DNA of 64,000 nucleotides, taken from the NCBI GenBank assembly GCA_038254365.1, contig JBBSGI010000009.1:1227-65226 (forward strand), written 5' to 3'. Shown here one piece after another: positions 1-11,006 of the stretch. The first letter of the stretch is position 1. Each line of letters begins with the position of its first letter. The DNA is from Propionibacteriales bacterium. Its GTDB lineage: Bacteria > Actinomycetota > Actinomycetes > Propionibacteriales > Nocardioidaceae. The translations under genes and the position numbers were made by a program. Under the pieces are notes generated by a model that was not told the origin of the DNA, did not search any database, and saw only the letters and a program-made list of their open reading frames with translations.

Positions 1-1
1 C

Positions 2-379
2 CTCCTCCTTGGTGGTGTGCTGCTTCGTCATGTGCTGCTGCAAGACTGCCTGGCGGACCTCAGCGTGTTCCGGTTCGCGACGTTGCAGCAGGTCCAGCTG
101 GTGGACTGTCGGCTGCAGGGGGCCGATTTCATCTCCGCCGACCTCAGCGGCGCGTTCTTCCGCCGCTGCGATCTGTCCCGAGCCGACCTGTCGCAGGCGA
201 AGGCGCGCGGGGCGGTGTTCGTCGACTGCACCTGGGACGGTGTCCGTGGGGTCTCGAGCCTGGCGGGCGCGACCATCGTGCACGGCTCGCCGCTCGATGC
301 GCATGCGTTCATGGTCGCCACCGCAAGCAGCCTGGGCATCCGGCTGGGGGATCCAGCCGACTTCCCCGAAGAGGGCTGA
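2..379 (+). CDS. pentapeptide-repeat protein (5' end outside window)
   Basis: The frame is open from base 2. It carries consecutive 5-residue repeats (ADLSV FRFAT LQQVQ LVDCR LQGAD FISAD LSGAF FRRCD LSRAD LSQAK) typical of the pentapeptide beta-helix family. Confidence 0.7.
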   Translation, partial: LLLGGVLLRHVLLQDCLADLSVFRFATLQQVQLVDCRLQGADFISADLSGAFFRRCDLSRADLSQAKARGAVFVDCTWDGVRGVSSLAGATIVHGSPLDAHAFMVATASSLGIRLGDPADFPEEG

Positions 380-382
380 GCC

Positions 383-1648
383 TCAGCTGGCCCAGGTGGG
401 GCGCAGCGGGAACGCCGCGTCGCCGCCTGGTCCTACCCGCACCCCGAGCACCTGGTGGAGCTGGATCTCGTTGCGCTCGAAGGCCAGACGTGACCCCGCC
501 ATGTACAGGCCCCAGACCCTGGCTGTCGGCTGGCCGACCTCCGCGACGCAGGCCTCCCAGTTGTCGCGAAGGTTCGCGCACCAGTGCTTGAGGGTGAGGG
601 CATAGTGCTCGCGGAGGTTCTCCTCGTGCCGCACCTCGAACCCGGCATCCTGAGCGGCGGCGATGATCGTGCCGGAGCCGGTGAGCTCGCCGTCAGGGAA
701 GACGTAGCGGTCGATGAACGCCCCGGTCTTCACCTGCCCGTTGTTGGTGGGACGGGTGATGCAGTGGTTGAGCAGGCGGCCACCGTCGTGGAGCCTGTCC
801 CGCAGGTACCCGAAGTACGCGGGGTAGTTGGCCACCCCCACATGCTCGAGCAGCCCGATCGAGCTGACCGCGTCGTAGTGCGAACCCGGTGAGTCCCGGT
901 AGTCGGCGTGCCGGATCGTGATCTGGTCGGTCAGGCCCTCCCGCTCGACCGCTTCCTCCGCCCAGGAGGCCTGCTCCCTCGACAAGGTGACCCCCACCGC
1001 ATGTACCCCGTAGTGCTTGGCCGCGTGCAGCGACATCCCACCCCAGCCGCAGCCCACGTCGAGCAACCGCATCCCGCGGGAGAGGCCGAGCTTGCGGGCC
1101 ACCAGATCGAACTTCTCCTCCTGGGCTTCTTCCAGGCTCGCGTCCGGTTTCGGGAAGACGGCGCAGGTGTACGCCATCGAGGGGCCGAGAACCCGCCGGT
1201 AGAAGGCGTTGGAGACGTCGTAGTGGTGGTGGATCGCCTCGGCGTCGCGCCGCTTCGAATGGCGCAAACCTTCCGCGGTACGGCGCCACCGGGGCAGCGT
1301 CTCCTGGGCCGGCGGGGGCGGCGGCACCAGGTTGCGCCAGCCCATGGCCTTCACCATCACGGCCACCTCGCGCGGTGACGGTCTGCGCAGGCGCCACGAG
1401 CCCAACGCCTTGAACGCCTCGTAGGGATCGCCTGGGTGGGCACCGTCGACGTCGAGGTCGCCGGCCACGTAGGCCCGGCCGAGGCCGAGGTCACCCGGCG
1501 CGGTCGCGACGTACCGGAGCCCGCGCTCCGTCCGCAGCTGCAGGGTGTACTGCGCGTCCGTGGGGCCGAAGCTGCTGCCGTCGTACGCCTCGAAGCGCAT
1601 CGGTGGAGTGTCCTCGACCATCATCTGAAGGATCTCCGCGATCTTCAC
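383..1648 (-). CDS. CFA-synthase-family SAM-dependent methyltransferase (BfaB/UfaA1-like; candidate 10-methyl fatty acid methylase)
   Basis: Part of ORF 383..1927. It has the SAM motif LLDVGCGWGG and CFA-synthase-like blocks HYDVSNAFY, SIGLLEHVG and FIDRYVFPDG. I set the start at GTG 1648 (VKIAEILQMM), which overlaps the upstream stop as GTGA. The 93 codons upstream are an Arg-rich shadow. Confidence 0.85.
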   Translation of the reverse strand: MKIAEILQMMVEDTPPMRFEAYDGSSFGPTDAQYTLQLRTERGLRYVATAPGDLGLGRAYVAGDLDVDGAHPGDPYEAFKALGSWRLRRPSPREVAVMVKAMGWRNLVPPPPPAQETLPRWRRTAEGLRHSKRRDAEAIHHHYDVSNAFYRRVLGPSMAYTCAVFPKPDASLEEAQEEKFDLVARKLGLSRGMRLLDVGCGWGGMSLHAAKHYGVHAVGVTLSREQASWAEEAVEREGLTDQITIRHADYRDSPGSHYDAVSSIGLLEHVGVANYPAYFGYLRDRLHDGGRLLNHCITRPTNNGQVKTGAFIDRYVFPDGELTGSGTIIAAAQDAGFEVRHEENLREHYALTLKHWCANLRDNWEACVAEVGQPTARVWGLYMAGSRLAFERNEIQLHQVLGVRVGPGGDAAFPLRPTWAS

Positions 1649-3042
1649 TGATGTCTCACCACCTTCTGATAGAAGCTCGTCAACCGGTGAGCGGGGTCGT
1701 ACTCGTCCTTGACCGCGGCGTAAGCCTTTCCGCCGTAGGTCTGCGCGAAGGTGTCCTCGTCGTAGTAGACGTCGGAGTAGAGCGACTTGTGGCCGTCGTG
1801 CCCGGCGACGGCGGCTTCGACGATCTTGTTGACGTCGCCGTCGGACCGCCCCGGCTCGATCGTGACGGTTCCCCAGAAGCCCACGTTGACATAGAGCTGG
1901 CCGGCGGCCAAGGGGTAAAGCGGCCACTCCCGGGCGCCGGTGCCAAGGCGAAGCGCGATCGGGCAGAGCCAGACTGGCCGCATGGTGACGTGCTCATCGA
2001 ACCAGCGCAGGAACTCGGCAGTGCGCTCCACCGGAATCTCGACGTCCTGGATGACCCGCTCGACGTCGGGCCTGCCGCGCATCCGTTGCAGCCTGGCGTA
2101 GGCGCCGAAGCGGTTCTCCAGACCGACGAGCCTGTGGTACACGTCGCTGCGTCTCCACCTGCGCGGCCATAACCGCCGTACCAGCCGATGCTGCGCGCCG
2201 AACGTGCCCGAGCACCAGAACCAGTCGGTGTCCCACCGCCACAGGTAGTCGTGCACGGTGAGGACGTCGTACGAGCGTTCCCGGATGGAGCGGTAGTAGA
2301 TCTCCTGGCCGGTGTAGTCGCTGGCCTGGAGCAAACCCGACTCGCTGAGCTTTGACGCCCACCGGCCCAAGGTCAGATAGGCCTCGTCCGGGGCGAATAC
2401 CACTCCGTCGACGAAGTCGACCGTTTCACCCTCCCACGCCGAGTCATGGCACACCGCGCTGATCGCCCCGGCGAGCGCGTCGAAATCGTCGAACGGCACA
2501 TGGCGGAGGGCGACGTACGGCGCCACCGACTCCAGCTCGATCCTGATCCGGACCGCATAGCCGAGACTGCCGAACGAGTTGGGGAACGCGGCGAACAGGT
2601 CTGCATGCGGCCCCTCGGGTCCACAGGTCACGATGGCGCCGGCGCCGGTGAGGATGTCCATCTCGAGGACGGACTCGTGCGGAAGGCCGTTGCGGTACGA
2701 CGACGACTCGATGCCGAGCCCACTGATCGCGCCGCCGAGGGTGATGGTCTTGAGCTGCGGGACCACCAGTGGCATCAGGCCGTGCGGCAACGTCGCGGCC
2801 ACCAGATGCTCGTATGTGCACATCCCCTGCACGTCGGCGGTGCGGGCGACTGGATCGACCGCGATGACGCCGTCCAGGCCAGCCACGTCCAGCCCGACCG
2901 TGGGGGCAGCGGTGCGGCGGCGGAAGAGGTTCGACGTGTGCTTGGCCAGCCGGACCGGCTGGCCTGAGGGGATCGCGGCGTACGACTCGCGAAGCGATGC
3001 CACGGCGGCTTCGTGCTGGCGCGCCTTGTCAGTGCCGGCCAC
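1645..3042 (-). CDS. FAD-binding oxidoreductase (BfaA / DHCR24-like partner of the methyltransferase)
   Basis: Part of ORF 1645..3258. It has an FAD-binding PCMH-type region (GLDVAGLDGVIAVDPVARTADVQGMCTYEHLV, TITLGGAISGLGIESSS). The first canonical start downstream of the hemerythrin stop is GTG 3042. It is coupled to the methyltransferase by a 4-nt overlap. Confidence 0.8.
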   Translation of the reverse strand: MAGTDKARQHEAAVASLRESYAAIPSGQPVRLAKHTSNLFRRRTAAPTVGLDVAGLDGVIAVDPVARTADVQGMCTYEHLVAATLPHGLMPLVVPQLKTITLGGAISGLGIESSSYRNGLPHESVLEMDILTGAGAIVTCGPEGPHADLFAAFPNSFGSLGYAVRIRIELESVAPYVALRHVPFDDFDALAGAISAVCHDSAWEGETVDFVDGVVFAPDEAYLTLGRWASKLSESGLLQASDYTGQEIYYRSIRERSYDVLTVHDYLWRWDTDWFWCSGTFGAQHRLVRRLWPRRWRRSDVYHRLVGLENRFGAYARLQRMRGRPDVERVIQDVEIPVERTAEFLRWFDEHVTMRPVWLCPIALRLGTGAREWPLYPLAAGQLYVNVGFWGTVTIEPGRSDGDVNKIVEAAVAGHDGHKSLYSDVYYDEDTFAQTYGGKAYAAVKDEYDPAHRLTSFYQKVVRHQ

Positions 3043-3113
3043 CCCGACACTGTAGTGCGTCTCGGAGGAGTCAGTTCCGCAGTCTGCCGGGCTGGGGGTG
3101 CGGACCGAGGGTG

Positions 3114-3614
3114 CTACTCGGTGAATGCGTCGAAGGCCTTCGTCAGGGCGCTGGGTTGGGTGGGGCGACGAGGAGCCCTCTCCCGGAGCTCGATCATCTC
3201 TGCCCCGAGGTCCTTCAGCTGGTTGCGCCCGAGAGCCTCGCGCACCTGGGGGAACCACTCGTCCTCCTCTTCCTCCATGTGGTGCCGGACGTTCTCGATG
3301 AGAACCGTGGTCTTGGCGGTGAAGCGCTCGTCGTCGGGCGACATCGTCGACAGCTCCATACAGAGCACGTCCGCGACGTGGTGCTCCTCGTATGACTCCA
3401 ACACATCGTCCTCGAGGTCCGGGACCAGCTCCCGTACCCGGGGGTACATCCCCTCGTTCTCGATGTAGGTGTGCACCGTGAGCAGCTCGAGGATCTTGTC
3501 GACGACCTTGCCGCGGGCGGCGTCTGCGTCGTCACCCAGCTTCTCGAACTCACGGAACAGCCGACGAATCTCGACGTGGTCCTGCTTGAGGATCACGATG
3601 GCGTCTGTGGACAT
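3114..3614 (-). CDS. hemerythrin domain-containing protein
   Basis: The product MSTDAIVILKQDHVEIRRLFREFE...EHHVADVL...HHMEEEEDEWFP shows the His/Glu spacing of hemerythrin-like cation-binding domains. ATG 3614 is preceded by GGAG. Confidence 0.8.
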   Translation of the reverse strand: MSTDAIVILKQDHVEIRRLFREFEKLGDDADAARGKVVDKILELLTVHTYIENEGMYPRVRELVPDLEDDVLESYEEHHVADVLCMELSTMSPDDERFTAKTTVLIENVRHHMEEEEDEWFPQVREALGRNQLKDLGAEMIELRERAPRRPTQPSALTKAFDAFTE

Positions 3615-3706
3615 GCTCACTCCTCGCCGGACTTGGGGTACCCATCCTTCGTACCCAGTTTCCGGTGCCCCAACCGCTCCTTGGTAGGCAGTGAGAGGGT
3701 AGAGGC

Positions 3707-3997
3707 ATGTGCCGAAACATCCGAGTGCTGCACAACTTCGAGCCACCCACGACCCAGGACGAGATCCAGTCCGCCGCGCTGCAGTACGTTCGGAAGGTCA
3801 GCGGGATCGGCAAACCGTCGCTCGCCAACGAAGAGGCCATGGCGCAGGCCGTGGCCGCCGTGGCAGCTGCGACGTCGACTCTGCTGGACGCCCTCGTGAC
3901 GCGTGCGCCTCCCAAGGACCGCGATGTCGAGCGTGCCAAGGCCCGGGAGCGCGGACTCAGACGGGTCGAGCAGACCGTCGCCGCGGCGCGCGCCTGA
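3707..3997 (+). CDS. DUF2277 domain-containing protein
   Basis: The N-terminus MCRNIRVLHNFEPPTTQDEIQSAALQYVRKVSG matches the conserved DUF2277 N-terminus as I remember it. Confidence 0.7.
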   Translation: MCRNIRVLHNFEPPTTQDEIQSAALQYVRKVSGIGKPSLANEEAMAQAVAAVAAATSTLLDALVTRAPPKDRDVERAKARERGLRRVEQTVAAARA

Positions 3998-4036
3998 CCT
4001 TTCGCCCCACTGGGGGTGCGGGCTATCATCGATGCC

Positions 4037-4183
4037 GTGACCTCGACCGCGCGCATCGCCTACCGTCGTGAGTGGTGGCTGCCCTGACGGGCGGACTGCC
4101 GAGTCATCTCTGACCAACCAGCCGTCTCACGTGGGCGGCTGTCTTGATGTCTGGTCACGTGAGGCCCCTTCCCAGGAGCCGAC
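4037..4183 (+). promoter_or_regulatory. candidate trpS leader: 16-codon peptide with tandem Trp codons plus alternative hairpins
   Basis: GTG 4037 opens a peptide TSTARIAYRRE-W-W-LP that ends at TGA 4087, with TGG TGG at 4073-4078. Downstream there is a hairpin CAGCCG/CGGCTG (4119-4141) followed by TCTTGATGTCT. A competing pairing CTCACGTG (4126-4133) / CACGTGAG (4156-4163) lies just before the trpS RBS AGGAG (4174). Confidence 0.45.
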
Positions 4184-5203
4184 ATGAACGACACCTTCCA
4201 TCCGCGAGACGCGTCGAGCCATCCGCGAGTCCTCTCCGGCATCACGCCGAGCGGGCCGCTGACGCTGGGCAACTACCTCGGAGCCCTCAAACGCTTCGTT
4301 GATGGCCAAGGCGGCGAGAACGGCTTCTTCTTCGTGGCGGACCTGCACGCCTTGACGACGCCGTCCCCTCCCGCCCGGGTCCGTGAGCTCACCCTGCAGG
4401 CCGCAGCCCTGTTCCTCGCGTCCGGGCTCGACCCGGATGCGTCGACGGTGTTCGTGCAGTCACACGTCCGGGCGCACGTCGAGCTGTCGTACCTGCTGGA
4501 GTCGACCGCACATGTGGGTGAGATGAGCCGGATGATCCAGTTCAAGGAGAAGGGCGGACGGCCAGGGACCAGGGCCAGCCTCTTCACCTATCCGTGCCTG
4601 ATGGCGGCCGACATCCTGCTGTACGAATCGCATCGGGTGCCCGTTGGGGGCGACCAGAGCCAGCACGTCGAGCTCTGCCGTGATCTGGCCGTCCGCTTCA
4701 ACCGCGAGTACGGCGAGACGTTCGTGGTGCCGGAGCTCGCCCCGGCGGCGCTGGCCACCAGGGTGGCTGACCTGGCGGAGCCGTCGGACAAGATGAACAA
4801 GTCCGCGCCCGACGACGCGGCCGGCGTGATCCGCATGCTGGACGACCCAGACGTCGTGCGCCGCAAGCTCATGCGCGCCGTCACGGACTGCGACGGCGAG
4901 GTCCGGTACGACCCACTGACGAAACCGGGCGTCTCCAACCTGCTGGACATCCTGGCCGCCGCCCAGTGCGGTGACCCTCGCGTACTGGCCGAGGACTTCA
5001 CCTCGTACGGCTCATTGAAGGCGACCGTCGCCGAGGCGGTTGTCGCGCTTCTGCAGCCGGTCCGGGAACGCTACGCCCTCCTGCGCGACGACCCGCGAGC
5101 CCTCGTGTCCACCCTCGCTGTCGGCGCGGAACGGGCCTCCCGGCAAGCCGAGCAGGTGCTGCGACGGGCCAGGGTAGCCATGGGGCTGTTGGCGCCGTCG
5201 TGA
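4184..5203 (+). CDS. trpS: tryptophan--tRNA ligase
   Basis: Class I signature region SGITPSGPLTLGNYLGAL and a KMSKS-type loop (KMNKS). Length (339 aa) and overall layout fit TrpRS. Confidence 0.92.
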   Translation: MNDTFHPRDASSHPRVLSGITPSGPLTLGNYLGALKRFVDGQGGENGFFFVADLHALTTPSPPARVRELTLQAAALFLASGLDPDASTVFVQSHVRAHVELSYLLESTAHVGEMSRMIQFKEKGGRPGTRASLFTYPCLMAADILLYESHRVPVGGDQSQHVELCRDLAVRFNREYGETFVVPELAPAALATRVADLAEPSDKMNKSAPDDAAGVIRMLDDPDVVRRKLMRAVTDCDGEVRYDPLTKPGVSNLLDILAAAQCGDPRVLAEDFTSYGSLKATVAEAVVALLQPVRERYALLRDDPRALVSTLAVGAERASRQAEQVLRRARVAMGLLAPS

Positions 5204-5372
5204 CGACCGTCTTCCGGTGAATCTCGGTCGGTGAAGCGCTGCCGTGGGACAAGCGCTGGGAAGACCTGCTGCCGGCCCATCAAGCCCAGCTCGAGGGCCG
5301 AATCGGGCCACCTCCGGTAGCGTGATGGCGGGCAGGAGCGCCCATGTCGTCGCCACCGTGGAGGGTCACCAC

Positions 5373-6458
5373 ATGTCGCAGATCGTGCAGGGCGTCATCG
5401 CTCGTGAGAAGGGGTCACCTGTCGAGGTGGTGAACGTCGTCGTACCGGATCCGGGGCCGGGGGAGGCGTTGGTGCAGATCCAGGCGTGCGGCGTCTGCCA
5501 TACGGACCTGCACTACCGCGAGGGCGGGATCGGCACGGATTTCCCTTACCTGCTTGGCCATGAGGCCGCCGGCGTCGTGGAGGCGGTAGGTGAGGGCGTA
5601 GTCGGGCTCGACGCAGGGGACTACGTGGTCCTCAACTGGCGAGCGGTCTGTGGGCAGTGTCGCGCCTGCCGCAGGGGCCGGCCCTGGTACTGCTTCAACA
5701 CGTTCAACGCGGCTCAGAAGATGACGCTCGAAGACGACACGGAGCTGTCACCGGCGCTCGGGATAGGCGCGTTCATCGACAAGACTCTGGTCCATGCCGG
5801 GCAGTGCACCAAGGTCGACAGGGCCGCGCCGGCGACCGTGGCCGGGCTGCTCGGGTGCGGGGTCATGGCAGGTATCGGAGCGGCGATCAACACCGGCGGC
5901 GTGACTCGCGGCGACTCGGTGGCCGTGATCGGCTGCGGCGGCGTCGGGGCGGCAGCCGTCGCGGGCTCCGTACTGGCCGGCGCCCGGACCGTCATCGGCA
6001 TCGACATCGACGAGCGCAAGCTCGCCAACGCTTCGAAGCTCGGGGCGACGCACGTCATCGACGCGCGGGACGTCGACGTCGTCGCGGCAGTCCAGGAGCT
6101 GACGTCGGGATTCGGCGCCGACGTAGTCATCGACGCCGTCGGCACGCCGGAGACCTGGAAGCAGGCGTTCTACGCGCGAGACCTGGCCGGCACGGTCGTC
6201 CTCGTCGGTGTCCCGATGCCGGACGCGACTTTGGAGCTTCCGCTCCTCGACGTGTTCGGCCGAGGTGGCGCGCTCAAGTCGTCGTGGTACGGCGACTGCC
6301 TGCCGAGCCGCGACTTTCCGATGCTCATCGACCTCTATCTGCAGGGACGCCTGCCGCTGGACGCCTTCGTCTCCGAGACCATCGACCTGGACGCGGTGGA
6401 GGCGGCGTTCGACCGGATGCACACCGGCGACATCCTCCGATCTGTGGTGGTGCTGTGA
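5373..6458 (+). CDS. S-(hydroxymethyl)mycothiol dehydrogenase (class III Zn alcohol dehydrogenase)
   Basis: Zn-ADH motifs GVCHTDLHY and [12 protein letters not shown], and the Rossmann motif [11 protein letters not shown] 5373 follows GGAGGG. It is followed by an MBL hydrolase, as in the mycobacterial mscR locus. Confidence 0.85.
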   Translation: MSQIVQGVIAREKGSPVEVVNVVVPDPGPGEALVQIQACGVCHTDLHYREGGIGTDFPYLLGHEAAGVVEAVGEGVVGLDAGDYVVLNWRAVCGQCRACRRGRPWYCFNTFNAAQKMTLEDDTELSPALGIGAFIDKTLVHAGQCTKVDRAAPATVAGLLGCGVMAGIGAAINTGGVTRGDSVAVIGCGGVGAAAVAGSVLAGARTVIGIDIDERKLANASKLGATHVIDARDVDVVAAVQELTSGFGADVVIDAVGTPETWKQAFYARDLAGTVVLVGVPMPDATLELPLLDVFGRGGALKSSWYGDCLPSRDFPMLIDLYLQGRLPLDAFVSETIDLDAVEAAFDRMHTGDILRSVVVL

Positions 6459-7054
6459 CCGACGTTCGTGTCGATCACGGGGTGACCAGCGGGACGTTCT
6501 CGCTCGACGGGGAGACGTTCGATGTCGACAACAACATCTGGGTGGTGGGCGACGGCCATGAGTGCGTGGTCATCGACGCGCCCCACTCGGCGACCGCCGT
6601 CGCGCAGGTGATCGGAGAACGGCGGGTCCTCGCGATCATCTGCACCCATGCACACGACGACCACGTGCGGGTGGCTCCAGAGCTCGCGGAGCAAGTCGAC
6701 GCGCCGATCCTGCTGCATCCCCACGATGCCGAGGTCTGGGCGCTGACCCATCCCGAGGTCGATCCGGACGGCCCGCTCATTGACGGCAAGCGGATCGTCG
6801 TTGCTGACATCGTGCTGGAGGTGCTGCACACCCCCGGGCACTCCCCCGGCTCGGTGTGTCTCTACTCGTCCGAGCTCGGGGTCGTCTTCACCGGCGACAC
6901 GCTCTTCGAGGGTGGACCCGGGGCGACCGGTCGCAGCTTCTCCGATCATGACACGATGATGACCAGCATCGTGCAACGGCTGTTCACCCTGCCGCCCGAG
7001 ACGACGGTGCACCCCGGGCACGGCGACTCCACGACCATCGGCACCGAGCGGTGA
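6455..7054 (+). CDS. MBL-fold metallo-hydrolase
   Basis: HAHDDH motif (THAHDDHV) and [12 protein letters not shown] 6455 overlaps the upstream stop as GTGA. Confidence 0.85.
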   Translation: MTDVRVDHGVTSGTFSLDGETFDVDNNIWVVGDGHECVVIDAPHSATAVAQVIGERRVLAIICTHAHDDHVRVAPELAEQVDAPILLHPHDAEVWALTHPEVDPDGPLIDGKRIVVADIVLEVLHTPGHSPGSVCLYSSELGVVFTGDTLFEGGPGATGRSFSDHDTMMTSIVQRLFTLPPETTVHPGHGDSTTIGTER

Positions 7055-7283
7055 ACGTCGTCCAGTCATCCTTGACCGCTGCCGGCGACTCGTCCCGCAA
7101 GCTGTGCAGGGTGCCCCGGAGCCGCTCGAACGTGCCCTGGCTGATCTGGTTGTCCAACAACCCGACGAAGGAGTCCCTCGCCGACCGTAGGTCGTCGCAG
7201 TAGGCTCCTGAGCCGCTCGTAGAGCCGTCCTCGCCACATCCGGACGCCACCAGCGTGACCGTCAGAACAACGGCCGCAACCAC
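6984..7283 (-). CDS. small lipoprotein, truncated paralogue of the next gene
   Basis: Lipobox LVASGC. It shares the AYCDD...DE(S/A)P..(V/I)K..W block with ORF 7332..7907. Similarity stops where the ORF runs antisense into the MBL gene 3' end (about 7052). Confidence 0.4.
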   Translation of the reverse strand: MVAAVVLTVTLVASGCGEDGSTSGSGAYCDDLRSARDSFVGLLDNQISQGTFERLRGTLHSLRDESPAAVKDDWTTFTARCRWSWSRRARGAPSSRAAG

Positions 7284-7331
7284 GGTCGGCGAGCCTCGTA
7301 TGCCCGTCCTCTGCCGGGCTGGGCCGCCGCG

Positions 7332-7907
7332 TCAGTTGGTCGTGCTGAGGTCGATGCCGCACTCGGACTTCACCTGGGCCTGGATCTTGTTGGTGGCGGT
7401 GGACAAGCCCTTGGTGTCGAAGCCCTGGAGCGCGGTCTGCAGCTTGGCCAGCTTGGCGGGGTCGATGCTCGGAGGAGCCCCGCCCTGCGTGAGCTTGCTG
7501 AAGTCGTCCATGGACAGCCCGGCGTCGGCGAGCGCCTGCGTGAGCGAGTCGAACTCGTTGGCGACCAGCGTCCAGGAGCCCTTGATGTCGCTGGGTGCCT
7601 CGTCGGCGATGTGGTGCACGGCGAGATTGACCGCGGCGAACTTGTCGCCGGTAAAGGCGCCGCTGAGACCGGACAGCTGGGTCGTCGCGGTCTTGATGTC
7701 GTCGCAGTAGGCACTCGTGTCCCCGAGGCCTCCACTCGGGGTGTCTCCACCACTCGTGGTGGTGTCCCCGGCACTTGGCGTGGTGTCGCCGGTACTCGTA
7801 GTGGTGCCGAGCCCGGATGGGGCACTGTTGTCACCCCCGCCGCCGCAACCCGCGAGAACGGTCACGGTCAACAGGGCGGCCGCGCCGGCCCCCAGGAGCT
7901 TGTTCAT
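7332..7907 (-). CDS. secreted lipoprotein with Thr/Gly-rich linker
   Basis: Signal peptide plus lipobox MNKLLGAGAAALLTVTVLAGC, GDTT-type low-complexity linker, and a C-terminal globular part containing AYCDD. Confidence 0.75.
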   Translation of the reverse strand: MNKLLGAGAAALLTVTVLAGCGGGGDNSAPSGLGTTTSTGDTTPSAGDTTTSGGDTPSGGLGDTSAYCDDIKTATTQLSGLSGAFTGDKFAAVNLAVHHIADEAPSDIKGSWTLVANEFDSLTQALADAGLSMDDFSKLTQGGAPPSIDPAKLAKLQTALQGFDTKGLSTATNKIQAQVKSECGIDLSTTN

Positions 7908-8042
7908 TCGTCCCTCGATCAGTCGGCAGCCGGCCGAGTGCCCACTGCTGAGGGACAAATGTCTCACGCGGCGAGGCCACATGTCCGGGAAGGCCGTTGG
8001 CTACCGGTGAGTAACGTGAAGGCCGCCCGGTGAGATCAGTTC

Positions 8043-9495
<1,453 letters not shown>

Positions 9496-9518
9496 CCGCC
9501 CGGCCATCCCCCGTTCGG

Positions 9519-10934
9519 TCAGGCGGGAACACGCTCCGTGACCGTCGGTAGATCCGCGTTGCGGATCAGCGCATAGGAGACCAGTCCCCCCAGCATCAGC
9601 AGGACGACGCAGATCCACATCGCCCGGCCGTATCCCACCGAAAGCACGTCGGGTTTGTCGTAGTCGTCACCGCTGAGGCCGACGGTGAACGGCAGAGCGG
9701 CGACCGCGAGGAGGGACCCACCGCGCGCGACTGCGTTGTTGACCCCGCTGGCGATACCGGCGTACCGGTCCGGTGCCGCCGCCAGCACCGTGGACGTCAG
9801 CGGAGCGACCAGCAGCGCGAGACCGAACGAGAAGACGGTCACGCCAGGGAAGATGTCGAACCAGTAGCGTGCGTCGCGGTCCACGCCGGCGAGCAGCGCG
9901 ATGCCGGCCGCACAGACGATCGGTCCGAGCGTCATGGGGAGCCGCGGACCGATGCGCGCGGCCAACGCCCCGCCTCGGGCGGCGAACATCAGCATCACGA
10001 TCGTGATGGGCAGCATCGCCAGACCGGCGCGCAGCGGGCCGTACCCCGCAACGGTCTGGAGCTGCAGGACGAGGAAGAACGTCATGGCCCCGAGGGCGGC
10101 GTAGACCAACAAGGTCATGCCGTTGGCGGCGCTGAACTGACGGGATCGAAACAGCCCGACCGGCAGCATCGGCGTCTTCTCCGCACGCTCGGCGAACACG
10201 AATGCCACCATCGCGACGATGCCGATCGCGGCGGCGGCCAGCACCATCGCCTGGCCTGCGGCGCCAGCCTCGATCAGCGCGAACGTGATGCCACCAAGAC
10301 CGACCACTCCGAGCGTGGCACCCAGCACATCGAAGTGGTGGGCGCTCTCCGCATCACGGGTCTCCGGAACCCATCGGAGCGTGATCAGCACGGTCGCGGC
10401 CGCGATGGGCAGGTTGAGTAGGAAGACCAAACGCCAGCTCGCGTACTCGACCAGCAGCCCGCCGACCAGCGGCCCGACCGCGGCGGCGATCGCGCCGAGC
10501 CCCGACCAGGCGCCGATCGCCCGACCGCGATCCTCGCGCCGGAACGACGCCTCGATCATCGCCAGGCTGCCCGGCGTGAGCAGCGCGGCTCCCACGCCCT
10601 GCAGCACCCGCGCCCCGATCAGCTGGCCCGGGTTGAGCGCGAACGCGCAGAGCAACGAGCTGGCCGTGAACCACAACACCCCGATGACGAAGATGCGCCG
10701 GCGACCGTACCGATCGCCGAGCGAACCGCCGAGCAGGATCAGCGAGGCGAGGGCGAGCAGATAGCCGTTGGTGATCCACTGCAGCTCGGCCAGGCTGGCA
10801 CCCAGGTCGGTGCCGATCCGCCGAAGCGCGACGTTGACCACGGTGCCGTCGAGGAGCGCCATCCCGGATCCGAGGACCGCCGCAGCGAGCAGCGCTCGGC
10901 CAGGTCCGGAGCTGTAATGCACGCCGGGATCCAT
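9519..10934 (-). CDS. MFS transporter, DHA2 (14-TMS EmrB/QacA) type
   Basis: 471 aa, highly hydrophobic. It has the motif-A-like GSLGDRYGRRRIF and the LDGTVVNVAL motif typical of DHA2. Confidence 0.85.
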   Translation of the reverse strand: MDPGVHYSSGPGRALLAAAVLGSGMALLDGTVVNVALRRIGTDLGASLAELQWITNGYLLALASLILLGGSLGDRYGRRRIFVIGVLWFTASSLLCAFALNPGQLIGARVLQGVGAALLTPGSLAMIEASFRREDRGRAIGAWSGLGAIAAAVGPLVGGLLVEYASWRLVFLLNLPIAAATVLITLRWVPETRDAESAHHFDVLGATLGVVGLGGITFALIEAGAAGQAMVLAAAAIGIVAMVAFVFAERAEKTPMLPVGLFRSRQFSAANGMTLLVYAALGAMTFFLVLQLQTVAGYGPLRAGLAMLPITIVMLMFAARGGALAARIGPRLPMTLGPIVCAAGIALLAGVDRDARYWFDIFPGVTVFSFGLALLVAPLTSTVLAAAPDRYAGIASGVNNAVARGGSLLAVAALPFTVGLSGDDYDKPDVLSVGYGRAMWICVVLLMLGGLVSYALIRNADLPTVTERVPA

Positions 10935-11006
10935 TCGAGAAACCTACGCGGCGGTCCCCACGCAACGGCCTCGACGGCTGTCAGCGGCCCGCGTTACGCT
11001 CCTCTG

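Noticed and set aside
4000-4183. T-box riboswitch upstream of trpS.
   Set aside because: No T-box sequence (AGGGTGGTACCGCG-like) or specifier-loop architecture is visible. The Trp-Trp leader peptide explanation fits better.
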